DNA of 64,000 nt from Malacoraja senta. Its lineage: Eukaryota. Numbering within the stretch: position 1 is the stretch's first letter; each line of letters begins with the position of its first letter. This document shows positions 12,301-27,300 of the stretch, in pieces. The stretch covers positions 808,001 through 872,000 of the forward strand of contig CM075999.1 in the NCBI GenBank assembly GCA_038087875.1, written 5' to 3'. The notes under the pieces were generated by a model. That model was not told where the DNA came from, searched no databases, and saw nothing but the letters and a program-made list of their open reading frames with translations. The position numbers and the translations under genes were made by a program.

Positions 12301-15300
12301 ATCATAGAGTGATAGAGTCATAGATGGGAACAGAATTTGGCCGTGTGTATCATGGAGTCTGTGCCAATGGTATTCTACCCCTTTATACTAATCCTACATT
12401 AATCACGTTTTTTATTCACCCCCACATCCTCAACTGCAACAAAGACTTCCGGTTTACCTACATACTAGGGGCATTATACATTGGCCATTTTTCTGACACT
12501 TGTATATTATTAGTTTATGTAGAACACATCCTTCCCATCTTCAGACTGAGTAATGCAAATAATTCAGCAACAGAATTAATAAATATTGCTTGATATTTTT
12601 TCTCAATTTCCTTAACAGCAACATCGCCAATGCAGACCACAACTCCAAATTTGCAAACAAATCTCCTCGAATTTTATGTGACCTTCATTGCAACTAACTT
12701 GGCCTCAGTAGCAGATTTACAAGATCCCAATTCAACATTATTCAACTCTGCAGCAAGTGTTGTTACTTTACATGTCAGTTGACAAATTATTGATTGATAT
12801 AATTAATTAACCATTGGTCGTTTAGTTTGTCTAATACCCTAATTGTTGCTTTTCTACAGCTGAACCAACTGTTTAGCAGCAGCAATATCAACAAAACCTT
12901 CTCCAACTGCAGAGTTCTCTCATTCAGGTGAGGAATATTGATAGTAAGTGTGTAAGAAAGAACTGCAGATGCTGGCTTAAAACAAAGATTGACACAAAAT
13001 GCTGGAGTAACTATCTATGGAGAGAACGAATGGGTGACATTTCGGGTCGAGATCCTTCTTCAGACTGAAGAAGGGACTCGACCCGAAACTTCACCCATTC
13101 CTTCTCTCAAGAGATGCTGCCTGTTCCGCTGAGTTACTCCAGCATTTTCTGTCTAATAGTGATAGTAATCCTGGTCAGATAAGGACTTGTTTTTGTGAAA
13201 AAATCATTCCCAAAGCAAAATCTCCAGAGAGTTCCGTGAGATGATGGTGATGCATGGTGATGCTTCCAAGTCCTTCATGTACCATGGGCACAATCGTGTG
13301 TAGGATCACAAACATGCATTGGTGCACCAGAACATCAGAACATGACTTTGAAATTCTGGACAACACCCACATCATTCAGACATTGTGGTCGACTTAAGTA
13401 AAAGTTTCCATTGAGTGCTTTTAAGGTCAGCATTGATTTGAAAGGAACCAGATCCAGGCTGTGGAATGCAGTAGTGGAAACTCGCCTAAGATGGATCCTC
13501 TATGTAAATGTAACATCCCCATCATCATAGCTCATCCTGGTCCCAATGTATTAATTACTGTTTGAAAATAATATGTCCAGAATAAATAATTGTTCAGAAA
13601 CACATCTACGGTGAAAATATTAAATTTAGTTAACCCTATCCCTAATAAATTTAATTACAAATAATTTTTCAAACTAATTCAGGCAATTACATACTGCGAG
13701 TAACATTTTGGTTACACAATGTCTATTATGCCCCAACATTTTAAATCAATGCACAGAAATGTCTGAAATCTTACATCTGTACATTTATTTAATGGTCTTT
13801 GCATTTGTTCCTCAGCCCAGCAAACATACAAGGTACCAGAGTGCATGCTAACTGCACTTTCAGAAATGATTCTGATCCTCAGGAAGTTAACAGAGTTGGA
13901 GTGTACCGTGTGTTCAGAGACAAGACAAATGGCATCACCTCCTTAGAACCATATATGCTGGACAGTAACAGCCTCTACGTGAATGGTATTTATCAGTTTG
14001 GAATTTTCTGTATTTGTGTTACTATATGTGAGATCAAAGTCAGAAAATTTCATAAAACCATTCAAATTCTCCCCTTTTTTAGTTAAATATTATACCTAAA
14101 ACACACTGTTTTAAATTTTCAGGTTACCATGAAACCACACCTTCAACCAGTGAGTATCATTTCTGTTTCTATAGTAATCTAATTTGGGCAGGACCTCTTC
14201 GAGTGATAAAGTCATGCATTGATACAGCATGGAATAAGTCGTTCAGCTCACCAGCTCACATTTACACTAATCGTATATCAATCCTAATTTTTATTTCCCA
14301 AGATTCTCATGAAACCTATGTGGATTCAATCTCTCCTTCAAGGCTGTTTACAGTGGTCCATTTGCCTGCAGCTTTTTTATTGTTTGTCGATGTAGACTAC
14401 TCAGTGGCGGATTTACTTATAGGCTTGGTAGGCTGAAGCCTAGGGCCTCAGAATCTAGGGGGCCTCCGGCCAAGGTGTATAATATTTTTGACACTATCAT
14501 AGGCCTTTCTTACATATGCTGTCACAACGCATTGTAGTCTCTAAACAACCCTTCAGTAATTTTCCTTGCCCTCCATTTCAGAATAATACTGTTTTAAGCC
14601 GATAACTCGACACTAGCACTGGCATTAAATACATTTTTTTTAAAGTGCAGCTTTCCAGCCCCTTATCTCGTTGGCCATGCTCGGCTGCACATCGGTGTCA
14701 ATCTGGTGGACTCTTCCATCTTCCTCTAGTCGTGGGGGTGGGGGATTGGGAGGGACCTCACAAGTGGAATAGCCTAGGGCCTCTCTTCATCTAAATTCGG
14801 CACTGAGACTACTCCTTTCCATCAAATCAGATCCCAATAAGTTTCAACAATAGCTGAAAATATTTCACTGCATTCTCTACATTCCAAGGGAATCTGACTT
14901 CGGTGTGAGTGGTACAAATAATTCAGCAATTTTCTCAATTTTTTTTAACAGCAACGTCTCCGATACAGACAATGTCTCCAAATCTGCAAACAAATATCTT
15001 TGATTTTAATGTGACCTTCATTGCAAATAACTTGGCCTCAACAGCTACTTTGCAAGATCCTAACTCAGCATTGTTCAAATCTGCAGAAAGTATTATTAAT
15101 TTCCAGGTCAGTGGGAAAATTAACTCTTGATTTAATTAATTAATTAATTGTGATTTCATTTATCTAAAATTACATCTGTTGCTTTCCAACAGCTGAACCA
15201 ACTGTTTAGCAGCAGTAATATCAACAAAACCTTCTCCAGCTGCAGAGTTCTCTCATTCAGGTATGGAACACTGATGATCATCCTGTCACAATTTGCTGCA

Positions 15301-18300
15301 GCGTTGGGCGTGACCTCAATAAAAGTATATGACATGCGTAACCATTTACATTTCTGATAATGTTGATAGCAAGGTCACACAAGGATTTTTTTTAATGAAA
15401 AATTATTTCCAAAGCAAAATTGGGGATTTGTAGAGAATTGTGCAATGTCAATGAAGATTATTCCAAATCTTCCAAGTGCCAGGAGCAACACCTTTGAGAA
15501 GGCCACATCTGGAAGTGACATGATCTAACTGTTGACTCTCCGATTTCAGCAGAAGCTAGTTACAGCATTCCCTGGAGTGGGTTTGCTGAATAGGGAGTTG
15601 CTGAATATACTCCAAGCCATCAAGTGTAGTGGGGAGAACTTGCCTCAGATATATCCTCCAAGTAATATTCTACCTCCATCATCATAGGTCTGCCTTTGCA
15701 TTACAAGGACATGACTACAAACAATACCTAAGACAAATTACTTTCTCAGCAGTACCATGACAATTTGAAAATAATAGACTAAATAGCACAACAGAAGACA
15801 GAATAATAGCTAAGACTATTTCAGTGCATTATCTGCAATTTTTGGAGCTATCTCATCTCTGACATTTTAACTTTTTGCAAGGAAATGAATGATGTCCTAT
15901 CTTTTCCAAATTTACTGTTTAATCTGTTGATTACTCTTCTGTAATTATCCTCAGTGGATATTTTTATGGCAGAGATAGATAGATTATTGATTAGTACAGG
16001 TGTCAGAGGTTATGGGAAGAAGGCAGAAGAATGGGGTTAGGAAGGAGAGATAGATCAGTCATGATTGAATGATGGAGTAGACTTGATGGGCTGAATGGCC
16101 TATTTCTACTCCTATCCCTTATGACCTTATAATTCTGTAAGAAGCGAGCATACCAGAGTGCTCTCAAACAGGAAATTATTTTGTTCCTCCGCACTTGCCA
16201 AAAACTACACTATCTTACTTCACCCAACTGCTTAACCTTTCACTCCTCATTTCCTGACGTGACATCGTTTTCTCTCCTTTAACCTCCTTCCTTTGTCTGT
16301 CACTACGCCCATCTATCAATCACCTGCTTACCTGTATCAATTTATCGCTTGCTAGAATTTATCTTGCCTCCACCTTTCTTATTCCGCTTTCTCTCCTCTA
16401 CTTCAATCAATCTGAGGAAGTCCCAACCAGAATTGTTGTCCATCCATTTCCCTTCAGAGATACAGCCCGACCCATTCCTTTCCACCTACGTTTTGTTTTG
16501 TGCTCAAAATTCCAGCATCTGCAGTTCTTTGTGGCTCCAATTCACTAAGTATTCTTTGTATGACATTGTTCTCTATTACCACAAATTCTACATTTCAAAG
16601 CGATTCACAGCAGCAAATGGAGCATATACTTTGTGCAATGAAGAATTTCAGCTCCAGCATTTAACATTACAGTGTTGCAATGGAATGTGTGAGAAGATGC
16701 TAACAAGATTTCAACAATTCCTGATTTATTTTATTGTCTCTCCAACTATTCCACAGCCCTGCAAATATACAGGACACCAGAGTGTTTGCAAACTGCACTT
16801 TCACAAATGACTCTGATCCTCTGGAGGTTAATAGGGTTAGAGTGTACCGTGTGTTCAGAGACAACACGAATGGCATCGCCGTCTTCGGAGTGTATTTATT
16901 GGATCCCAATAGCCTCTTCGTGAATGGTATTTATCAAATAAATAAATATTTGCTTTGTTTTTCACTTAAATATAATCAAATTGGGAACATATAATAAAAT
17001 CAATCAATTTTCATGCCTTTTGTAATGACTTTCCATTTCATGCATGATGCTTTATTTTGCAGATTACAACGAAGCAACATCTACACCATCAACCAGTGAG
17101 TGCATTTCTATGTCTAAAATTTCCCCTATTTCCGACTATTGCAGGATGTAGCAACAGTGAATGTATTTTGTTTAAGACTCGCAGAATACGGACAAATGTA
17201 GCCACCTTATCAGTGATGTAGTGTTGGCATGAGGGTGAGAAGTGACCATCCCTGCCACAGTTCTGATCCCAATTACAGACATAATGAACAAAATTGTTCG
17301 ATGCCACAAATGTCAAAGAATCTTTATCACATTCATTCCCAATGAGGTGCAACAGCTGCAGAAAATATTCTGCTGTGCTTTTTGCATTCATAGTTCTGGA
17401 GGATGCAAATGGTTCAGCAGCAGGAATTATTTAAACGCAGCTTAATACTTTTTTCACCATTTTTCTTAACAGCGGTGCCACCAACTCCAACAACAAATCC
17501 CTTTGATTTTAATGTGACCTTTGTTATAACTAACTTGGCATCAACAGCAAATTTTCAGGATCCTTTCAGCCCAATATATCCATGCCAACCTAGATTCCCA
17601 TTTGCCCATATACTTCTTTTTTTTCCTTCTTTTTTTTAAATTATTTTTATTAGAAGTACGGTAAATTACAGTAATACACAACACATATATCTTAATACAT
17701 TTTTTATACCGCTTCATTTTTTTGAGCTTTAAGAGAAAGATAGAAGTAAGAAAAGTAAAGAAAGTGCGCGAGAGTCGTGAAGTGCAAGAGAGTGTTGGGA
17801 AAAGAAAGCCCCTTAGAAAAGAAGTTAGAGAAGGAAGTAAAGTAAGAAAGTAGGCCCTAGAAAAGAAAGAAAAAGAAAGTAGGAACAATCGCAGAAAGGG
17901 GACTACCAACCAAGTCTGTTTTTGTTGTTTTACCTCCCATTACCAGGTTCTGATACCATTTCTTTATTTATTTATTTTTTAAATTACTATTGCACCTAAT
18001 GCTTGTAATAGGTCCAGAAACGTAGACCACGTCTTTTGGAATTGGTCTGCTTTACCTGCTAAGAGGAATCTCATCTCTTCCAGATGTAATGTTTCAAACA
18101 TATTTGATGTCCACATTTTTATTGTTGGTGTGGGCGCATTTTTCCAGAATTTAAGTATGAGCTTTTTTCCCATTATTAGCCCGTAATTAAATAAATTCTT
18201 CTGATACACGTTTAATTCTGGGATACCTTCCGATATTCCAAAAATGATCCATTCTGGTTTTGGTACCAGTTTTATTTTAATTAATTTTGAAAAAATATCA

Positions 18301-21300
18301 AATATTTCATACCAGAATTTTTGGATTTTTGTACAAAAAACAAAAGAATGCGCTATGGTAGCTTCTTGACATAGACATTTATCACAGATTGGTGAAACAT
18401 TAGGAAAGATTTTATTTAATTTAGTTTTTGAATAATATAGTCTATGTAATGTTTTGAATTGGATGAGCGTATACTTCTAAACATTTCCTGTCCATGTGCC
18501 TGTCTAAATGTCTTTCAAATGTTATTATTATATTTGCCTCAACAACTTCCATCTGAAGAAGGGTTTCGGCCCGAAACGTTGCCTATTTCCTTCGCTCCAT
18601 AGATGCTGCTGCACCCGCTGAGTTTCTCCAGCATTTTTGTGTACCTTCCATATGTACACCCTTTGTTTAAAAAAAAATTCCCTCGGGATCCTAGAAAATG
18701 TTCCTCGTATCACCTTAATGCTATGCCGTCTAGTTCTTGATTCCACAATCCTATCCATGCCGCTCATGATTTTATACACCTGTATTAGATGACCCCTATT
18801 TGCCCACTGTAATTGAGCAGCTGGCTATGAGGGTAAATTCCATGAATGAGGCTGAGACTTGGAACAGTGATACAGTTGTGGGCTGTTTAAATGTTTGTCC
18901 AATATCAACTGACAGATGATCAGGTCAGTGATGTGCAATGTATTGTGCAATGTGTCAATCCAAGTGATGCCGTGATGGGTGATGGCACCTAATTCTGAAA
19001 GATACACATAATTCAGCAACATGTACAGGATACAAATTATTCAGCAACAAGAGCTGTTTTTAACAATATTCTTCTGTTATTTATCTTAACAGCAATGGCA
19101 CCCATTCCGACAATAAACCCCTTTGATTTTAATGTGACCTTCACTGTAACTAACTTGGCCGCAACAAGAAGTTTACAAAATCCCAATTCACCATTGTACA
19201 AATCTGCAGCAAGAATTGTTGCTTTCCAGGTCAGTTGGCAAATTAGTGATTGATGTAATCCATTAATTACTTGTGGGTTTATTTCATCTTAAACTCCATA
19301 TGTTGCTTTCCTACAGCTGGACCAACTGTTTCAAACCAGTAAGCTCAACAAAACGTTCTCCAGCTGCAAAGTTCTCTCATTCAGGTAAGGAATATTGATA
19401 ATGATCCTGGTCAGTATTTGCTCCAATGTTGCATGTGACTTTAATAAGGTAAATGACACTGCAAAAGCATATACATTTCTGGTTGATAATCTACAATGGT
19501 GCTTCCAAATCGTCAATGTGCCAATTGCAAGATTGTGCACAAGCTCATGAACATGCATTGATGCATCCTGAGGCATAATTGCATATCTGCACATCAGTTC
19601 GAGGCTTTGGACTACATCTGCATTGCCCTCAGGCACTGTCATCTACCCGAACAGAAGTTGGCCATAAGTACATCGAAGTTCTGTTACTGCATTGCCTGGG
19701 GGAAATTATACTTGATTAGGTTTCAGGCCATCAAGTGTTGTGGTGGATACTCACCTGAGAGAGATACTATCCATCATCAAAGCTCTCCCTTCAGACCTCC
19801 AGCACATTATCAAAAACAAATACAGTATTTCAATACAATTTAATTTCTCATGCACACTACAATAGTTTGGCTATTTTGGACTCTGCACAAAATAATCCAA
19901 ACAAACTAATTCACAAATTGACATATGTTACCTGCAAATGTGTTAGTCGTATCAGCCCGAACATTTCAGAATTAGGTCAGTGAAATGGATGATATCTTAA
20001 ATTTTCCAAGTAAAAACTCAAAATCCTGTTTTATGATTTATTTACTCCACAACTAATTTATTGCAAGATTGCTCTGAATGTATTAAGGGCACCAGAGTGG
20101 TCTCTAATAATTCTTTTGGAAACAATTTTGATGCTCTGAACATTAATAGACAATAGGTGCAGGAGTAGGTCATTCGGCCCTTCGAGCCAGCACCCCCATT
20201 CAATGTGATCATGGCTGATCATCCCTAATCAGTACCCCATTCCCGTCTTCTCCCCATATCCCCTGACTCCGCTATCTTTAAGAGACCTATCTAGCTCTCC
20301 CTTGAAAGTATCCAGAGAACCGGCCTCCTCTGCCCTCTGAGGCAGAGAATTCCACAGACTCACAACTCTCTGTGTGAATTTTTTTTCCTCATCTCCATTC
20401 TAAATGGCTTACCCCTTATTCTTAATCAGTGGCCCCTGGTTCTGGACTACCCCAACATCGGGAACATGTTTCCTGCCTCTAGCGTGACCAAACCCATAAT
20501 AATCTTAGATGTTTCAATAAGATCCTCTCTCATCCTTCTAAATTCCAGAGTATACAAGCCCAGCCGCTCCATTCGCTCAGCATATGACAGTCCCGCCATC
20601 CCGGGAATTAACCTTGTAAACCTATGCTGCACTCCCTCAATAGCAAGAAAGCCCTTCCACAAATTAGGGGACCAAAACTACACGCAATACTCCAGGTGTG
20701 TTCTCACTAGGGCCCCATACAATTGCAGAAGGACCTCTTTGCTCCTATACTCAACTCCTCTTGTTATGAAGGCCAACATGCCCTTCGCTTTCTTCACTGC
20801 CTGATGTACCTGCATGCTTACTTTAATTGTGTTTAAGAAGGAACTGCAGATGCTGGAAAATCGAAGGTACACAAAAATGCTGGAGAAACTCAGCGAGTGC
20901 AGCAGCATCTATGGAGCGAAGGAAATAGACAACGTTTCGGGCCGAAACCCTTCTTCAGACTGATGGGGGGTGGGGAGAAGAAGGGAAAAAAGCGGAGGAG
21001 GAGCCCGAGGGCTGAGGGATGGGAGGAGACAGCCCGAGGGCTGAGGAAGGGGAGGAGACAGCAAGGGCTAACAGAATAGGGAGAATTCAATGTTCATGCC
21101 CCCAGGATGCAGACTCCCCAAGCAGAATATGAGGTGCTATTCCTCCAATTTCCGGTGTTGCTCGCTCTGGCCATGGAGGAGACCCAGGACAGAGAGGTCG
21201 GATACGGAATGGGAGGGGGTGTTGAAGTGCTGAGCCACCGGGAGGTCAGGTTGGTTATTGCGGACCGAGCGGATGTGTTCGGTGAAACGATCGCCAAGCC

Positions 21301-24300
21301 TCCGCTTGATGCTTACTTTAATTGACATGAACAAGGATCCCCAGATCCCTTTGTACTTCCCCTTTTCCCAAATTGACACAATTTAGATAATAATCTGCCT
21401 TCCTGTTTTTGCTACCAAAGTGGACAACCTCACATTTATGCACATTAAACTGCATCTGCCCACTCACCCAACCTGTCCAAGTCACCCTGCATTCTCATAG
21501 CATCCTCCTTACAGTTCACACTGCCACCCTGCTTTGTGTCATCTGCAAATTTGCTAATGTTACTTTGAATCCCTTCATCTAAATCATTGATGTATATTGT
21601 AAATAGCTGCAGTCCCAGCACCGAGCCTTGCGGTACTCCACTAGTCACTGCCTGCCATTCTGCCATAGTAATTAAACACGTTGCTAAACACTTCACTAAC
21701 TGTCCTTCTTACAACTTTGTTTGCTACTGATATAATTGCAGAGGTTCAAATCAGTTCACTGATGCAGGTTGAGCAGATGCATAATACTGTAGGATTTCAG
21801 CCCGACATCTTCTGTTATCGCAAAGTAACATATGGAAAGATCTGAGATGGTCTTCAAAATAACAATTCCTGATATACCATAATTGATTGTCTCTCCATCT
21901 ATTTCACAGCCCAGAAAATATACAGGACACCAGAGTGTATGCCAACTGCACTTTCAGAAATGACTCTGATCCTCAGAAAGTTAACAAGGTTAATGTGTAC
22001 CGTGTGTTCAGAGACAAGACGAGCGGCATCTCCACCTTAGGGGCTTATTTACTGGACAGTAACAGCCTTTTCGTGAATGGTATGTATGAGTGAAAGGAAT
22101 ATTCTGTTTGCTTAGTTTAATTACATCTATCTGATCACATTGATAAAATGTCATGAAAGCAATCCATTTTGATCCTCGTAAAAGAGAATTTACATGTTAT
22201 ATATAAAACTGTTTTCAATTTTTCAGATTACCATGAATCCACTTCTATAACCAGTGAGTACAGTTACTGTTTCTATTTTTACCTATCATTACCTTTTGTT
22301 TGAGGAGATGACCAAAGTGAATATTCTTTATTAAATAATCACTAAAGTCAGTTGTAGCCTTGGTAGTAATGATGCACAATTGTGAATGTGAGATGTGACG
22401 ATCCCATCCTTAACAATGATTTTGACATCACTGCTAGACATGCCATTGCACGCTATCAGAGTCCATGCAATCCTGCATATCATTACTTACACTAGCAAAG
22501 TTGAGTACTGCAGTCACCCATTCCACGCATGTTTGCTGCAGCTTGCACTGTTTATGTGCTAAACTTTACTGCTTTGGGCAAAAACAAACATGTTTGTTTG
22601 TGCATACATACAGTTACAATGGAGTGTGTTGGTCATAGGCCTGCTGTGGTTGAACAATTGGCTACAATTGCAAACTCTGAGAATGTGCGTGAGACTTGGG
22701 ACAGTGATTCAGTTGTGTACTGTTCTGACGACAAAGATAGTCAGTAGATGGGTGATATATTGATCAGCATGTGAACCCATTAATGTGGTGAGTAAGAGAG
22801 ATGTAATTGGAGCTTGCAGCCACTCCAAAGGACTTTACATTTTTGCAGAGTTGTATCCATGTTGTAGAGTTGTATCCATCTGGATATGTCACCCGTTTCC
22901 CGGTTCTGTCCAATAGACCCCCTAGTGCATTATGATTAACCCTAACCATAACCTAATACATCAGTCATTATTATCCTTTTTAACAACTGTGGAAATTGTT
23001 GAAAGATAAATGATTGAAAGGTTAAAATAATGTGTGTGTGCTACGCTATCCAGACCACTTTATGACAGACAAGTTCATGAATTGATCTGCAACTTTCTAG
23101 ACCAGTAGTGCTAGATACCTGAAATTATAGCCATACCCCAAATTTGAAAACAAATTCAAAAAGGCTCAAAAATAATGTAAAGCTCAATGAAAAGGGGAGG
23201 TTGCTAGGAAATGATTCAGCGTAATGGAAGTTCTCTGGTGAAAGATGCTCTAGTTCCAATAAAGTATGTAACAGACAAAACTATTGGATGCCAATATAAT
23301 TGATTGCTCCTTTCCATCACACCGGCTCCCAAAATGTGCTTTCTATATTCCAGGTACAGGATACAAATTATTCAGCAACAAGAGCTGTTTTTAACAATAT
23401 TCTTCTGTTATTTATCTTAACAGCAATGGCACCCATTCCGACAATAAACCCCTTTGATTTTAATGTGACCTTCACTGTAACTAACTTGGCCGCAACAAGA
23501 AGTTTACAAAATCCCAATTCACCATTGTACAAATCTGCAGCAAGAATTGTTGCTTTCCAGGTCAGTTGGCAAATTAGTGATTGATGTAATCCATTAATTA
23601 CTTGTGGGTTTATTTCATCTTAAACTCCATATGTTGCTTTCCTACAGCTGGACCAACTGTTTCAAACCAGTAAGCTCAACAAAACGTTCTCCAGCTGCAA
23701 AGTTCTCTCATTCAGGTAAGGAATATTGATAATGATCCTGGTCAGTATTTGCTCCAATGTTGCATGTGACTTTAATAAGGTAAATGACTCTGCAAAAGCA
23801 TATACATTTCTGGTTGATAATCTACAATGGTGCTTCCAAATCGTCAATGTGCCAATTGCAAGATTGTGCACAAGCTCATGAACATGCATTGATGCATCCT
23901 GAGGCATAATTGCATATCTGCACATCAGTTCGAGGCTTTGGACTACATCTGCATTGCCCTCAGGCACTGTCATCTACCCGAACAGAAGTTGGCCATAAGT
24001 ACATCGAAGTTCTGTTACTGCATTGCCTGGGGGAAATTATACTTGATTAGGTTTCAGGCCATCAAGTGTTGTGGTGGATACTCACCTGAGAGAGATACTA
24101 TCCATCATCAAAGCTCTCCCTTCAGACCTCCAGCACATTATCAAAAACAAATACAGTATTTCAATACAATTTAATTTCTCATGCACACTACAATAGTTTG
24201 GCTATATTGGACTCTGCACAAAATAATCCAAACAAACTAATTCACAAATTGACATATGTTACCTGCAAATGTGTTAGTCGTATCAGCCCGAACATTTCAG

Positions 24301-27300
24301 AATTAGGTCAGTGAAATGGATGATATCTTAAATTTTCCAAGTAAAAACTCAAAATCCTGTTTTATGATTTATTTACTCCACAACTAATTTATTGCAAGAT
24401 TGCTCTGAATGTATTAAGGGCACCAGAGTGGTCTCTAATAATTCTTTTGGAAACAATTTTGATGCTCTGAACATTAATAGACAATAGGTGCAGGAGTAGG
24501 TCATTCGTCCCTTCGAGCCAGCACCCCCATTCAATGTGATCATGGCTGATCATCCCTAATCAGTACCCCATTCCCGTCTTCTCCCCATATCCCCTGACTC
24601 CGTTATCTTTAAGAGACCTATCTAGCTCTCCCTTGAAAGTATCCAGAGAACCGGCCTCCTCTGCCCTCTGAGGCAGAGAATTCCACAGACTCACAACTCT
24701 CTGTGTGATTTTTTTTTCCTCATCTCCGTTCTAAATGGCTTACCCCTTATTCTTAAACAGTGGCCCCTGGTTCTGGACTACCCCAACATCGGGAACATGT
24801 TTCCTGCCTCTAGCGTGACCAAACCCATAATAATCTTATATGTTTCAATAAGATCCTCTCTCATCCTTCTAAATTCCAGAGTATACAAGCCCAGCCGCTC
24901 CATTCGCTCAGCATATGACAGTCCCGCCATCCCGGGAATTAACCTTGTAAACCTATGCTGCACTCCCTCAATAGCAAGAAAGCCCTTCCACAAATTAGGG
25001 GACCAAAACTACACGCAATACTCCAGGTGTGGTCTCACTAGGGCCCCATACAATTGCAGAAGGACCTCTTTGCTCCTTTACTCAATTCCTCTTGTTATGA
25101 AGGCCAACATGCCCTTCGCTTTCTTCACTGCCTGATGTACCTGCATGCTTACTTTAATTGTGTTTAAGAAGGAACTGCAGATGCTGGAAAATCGAAGGTA
25201 CACAAAAATGCTGGAGAAACTCAGCGAGTGCAGCGGCATCTATGGAGCGAAGGAAATAGACAACGTTTCGGGCCGAAACCCTTCTTCAGACTGATGGGGG
25301 GTGGGGAGAAGAAGGGAAAAAAGCGGAGGAGGAGCCCGAGGGCTGAGGGATGGGAGGAGACAGCCCGAGGGCTGAGGAAGGGGAGGAGACAGCAAGGGCT
25401 AACAGAATAGGGAGAATTCAATGTTCATGCCCCCAGGATGCAGACTCCCCAGGCAGAATATGAGGTGCTGTTCCTCCAATTTCCGGTGTTGCTCGCTCTG
25501 GCCATGGAGGAGACCCAGGACAGAGAGGTCGGATACGGAATGGGAGGGGGAGTTGAAGTGCTGAGCCACCGGGAGGTCAGGTTGGTTATTGCGGACCGAG
25601 CGGATGTGTTCGGTGAAACGATCGCCAAGCCTCCGCTTGATGCTTACTTTAATTGACATGAACAAGGATCCCCAGATCCCTTTGTACTTCCCCTTTTCCC
25701 AAATTGACACAATTTAGATAATAATCTGCCTTCCTGTTTTTGCTACCAAAGTGGACAACCTCACATTTATGCACATTAAACTGCATCTGCCCACTCACCC
25801 AACCTGTCCAAGTCACCCTGCATTCTCATAGCATCCTCCTTACAGTTCACACTGCCACCCTGCTTTGTGTCATCTGCAAATTTGCTAATGTTACTTTGAA
25901 TCCCTTCATCTAAATCATTGATGTATATTGTAAATAGCTGCAGTCCCAGCACCGAGCCTTGCGGTACTCCACTAGTCACTGCCTGCCATTCTGCCATAGT
26001 AATTAAACACGTTGCTAAACACTTCACTAACTGTCCTTCTTACAACTTTGTTTGCTACTGATATAATTGCAGAGGTTCAAATCAGTTCACTGATGCAGGT
26101 TGAGCAGATGCATAATACTGTAGGATTTCAGCCCGACATCTTCTGTTATCGCAAAGTAACATATGGAAAGATCTGAGATGGTCTTCAAAATAACAATTCC
26201 TGATATACCATAATTGATTGTCTCTCCATCTATTTCACAGCCCAGAAAATATACAGGACACCAGAGTGTATGCCAACTGCACTTTCAGAAATGACTCTGA
26301 TCCTCAGAAAGTTAACAAGGTTAATGTGTACCGTGTGTTCAGAGACAAGACGAGCGGCATCTCCACCTTAGGGGCTTATTTACTGGACAGTAACAGCCTT
26401 TTCGTGAATGGTATGTATGAGTGAAAGGAATATTCTGTTTGCTTAGTTTAATTACATCTATCTGATCACATTGATAAAATGTCATGAAAGCAATCCATTT
26501 TGATCCTCGTAAAAGAGAATTTACATGTTATATATAAAACTGTTTTCAATTTTTCAGATTACCATGAATCCACTTCTATAACCAGTGAGTACAGTTACTG
26601 TTTCTATTTTTACCTATCATTACCTTTTGTTTGAGGAGATGACCAAAGTGAATATTCTTTATTAAATAATCACTAAAGTCAGTTGTAGCCTTGGTAGTAA
26701 TGATGCACAATTGTGAATGTGAGATGTGACGATCCCATCCTTAACAATGATTTTGACATCACTGCTAGACATGCCATTGCACGCTATCAGAGTCCATGCA
26801 ATCCTGCATATCATTACTTACACTAGCAAAGTTGAGTACTGCAGTCACCCATTCCACGCATGTTTGCTGCAGCTTGCACTGTTTATGTGCTAAACTTTAC
26901 TGCTTTGGGCAAAAACAAACATGTTTGTTTGTGCATACATACAGTTACAATGGAGTGTGTTGGTCATAGGCCTGCTGTGGTTGAACAATTGGCTACAATT
27001 GCAAACTCTGAGAATGTGCGTGAGACTTGGGACAGTGATTCAGTTGTGTACTGTTCTGACGACAAAGATAGTCAGTAGATGGGTGATATATTGATCAGCA
27101 TGTGAACCCATTAATGTGGTGAGTAAGAGAGATGTAATTGGAGCTTGCAGCCACTCCAAAGGACTTTACATTTTTGCAGAGTTGTATCCATGTTGTAGAG
27201 TTGTATCCATCTGGATATGTCACCCGTTTCCCGGTTCTGTCCAATAGACCCCCTAGTGCATTATGATTAACCCTAACCATAACCTAATACATCAGTCATT

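Noticed and set aside
22935..22958. taaccctaaccataacctaa telomere-like motif (also in the other array copies and near 38640)
   Set aside because: Too short and degenerate; more likely part of an old repeat remnant
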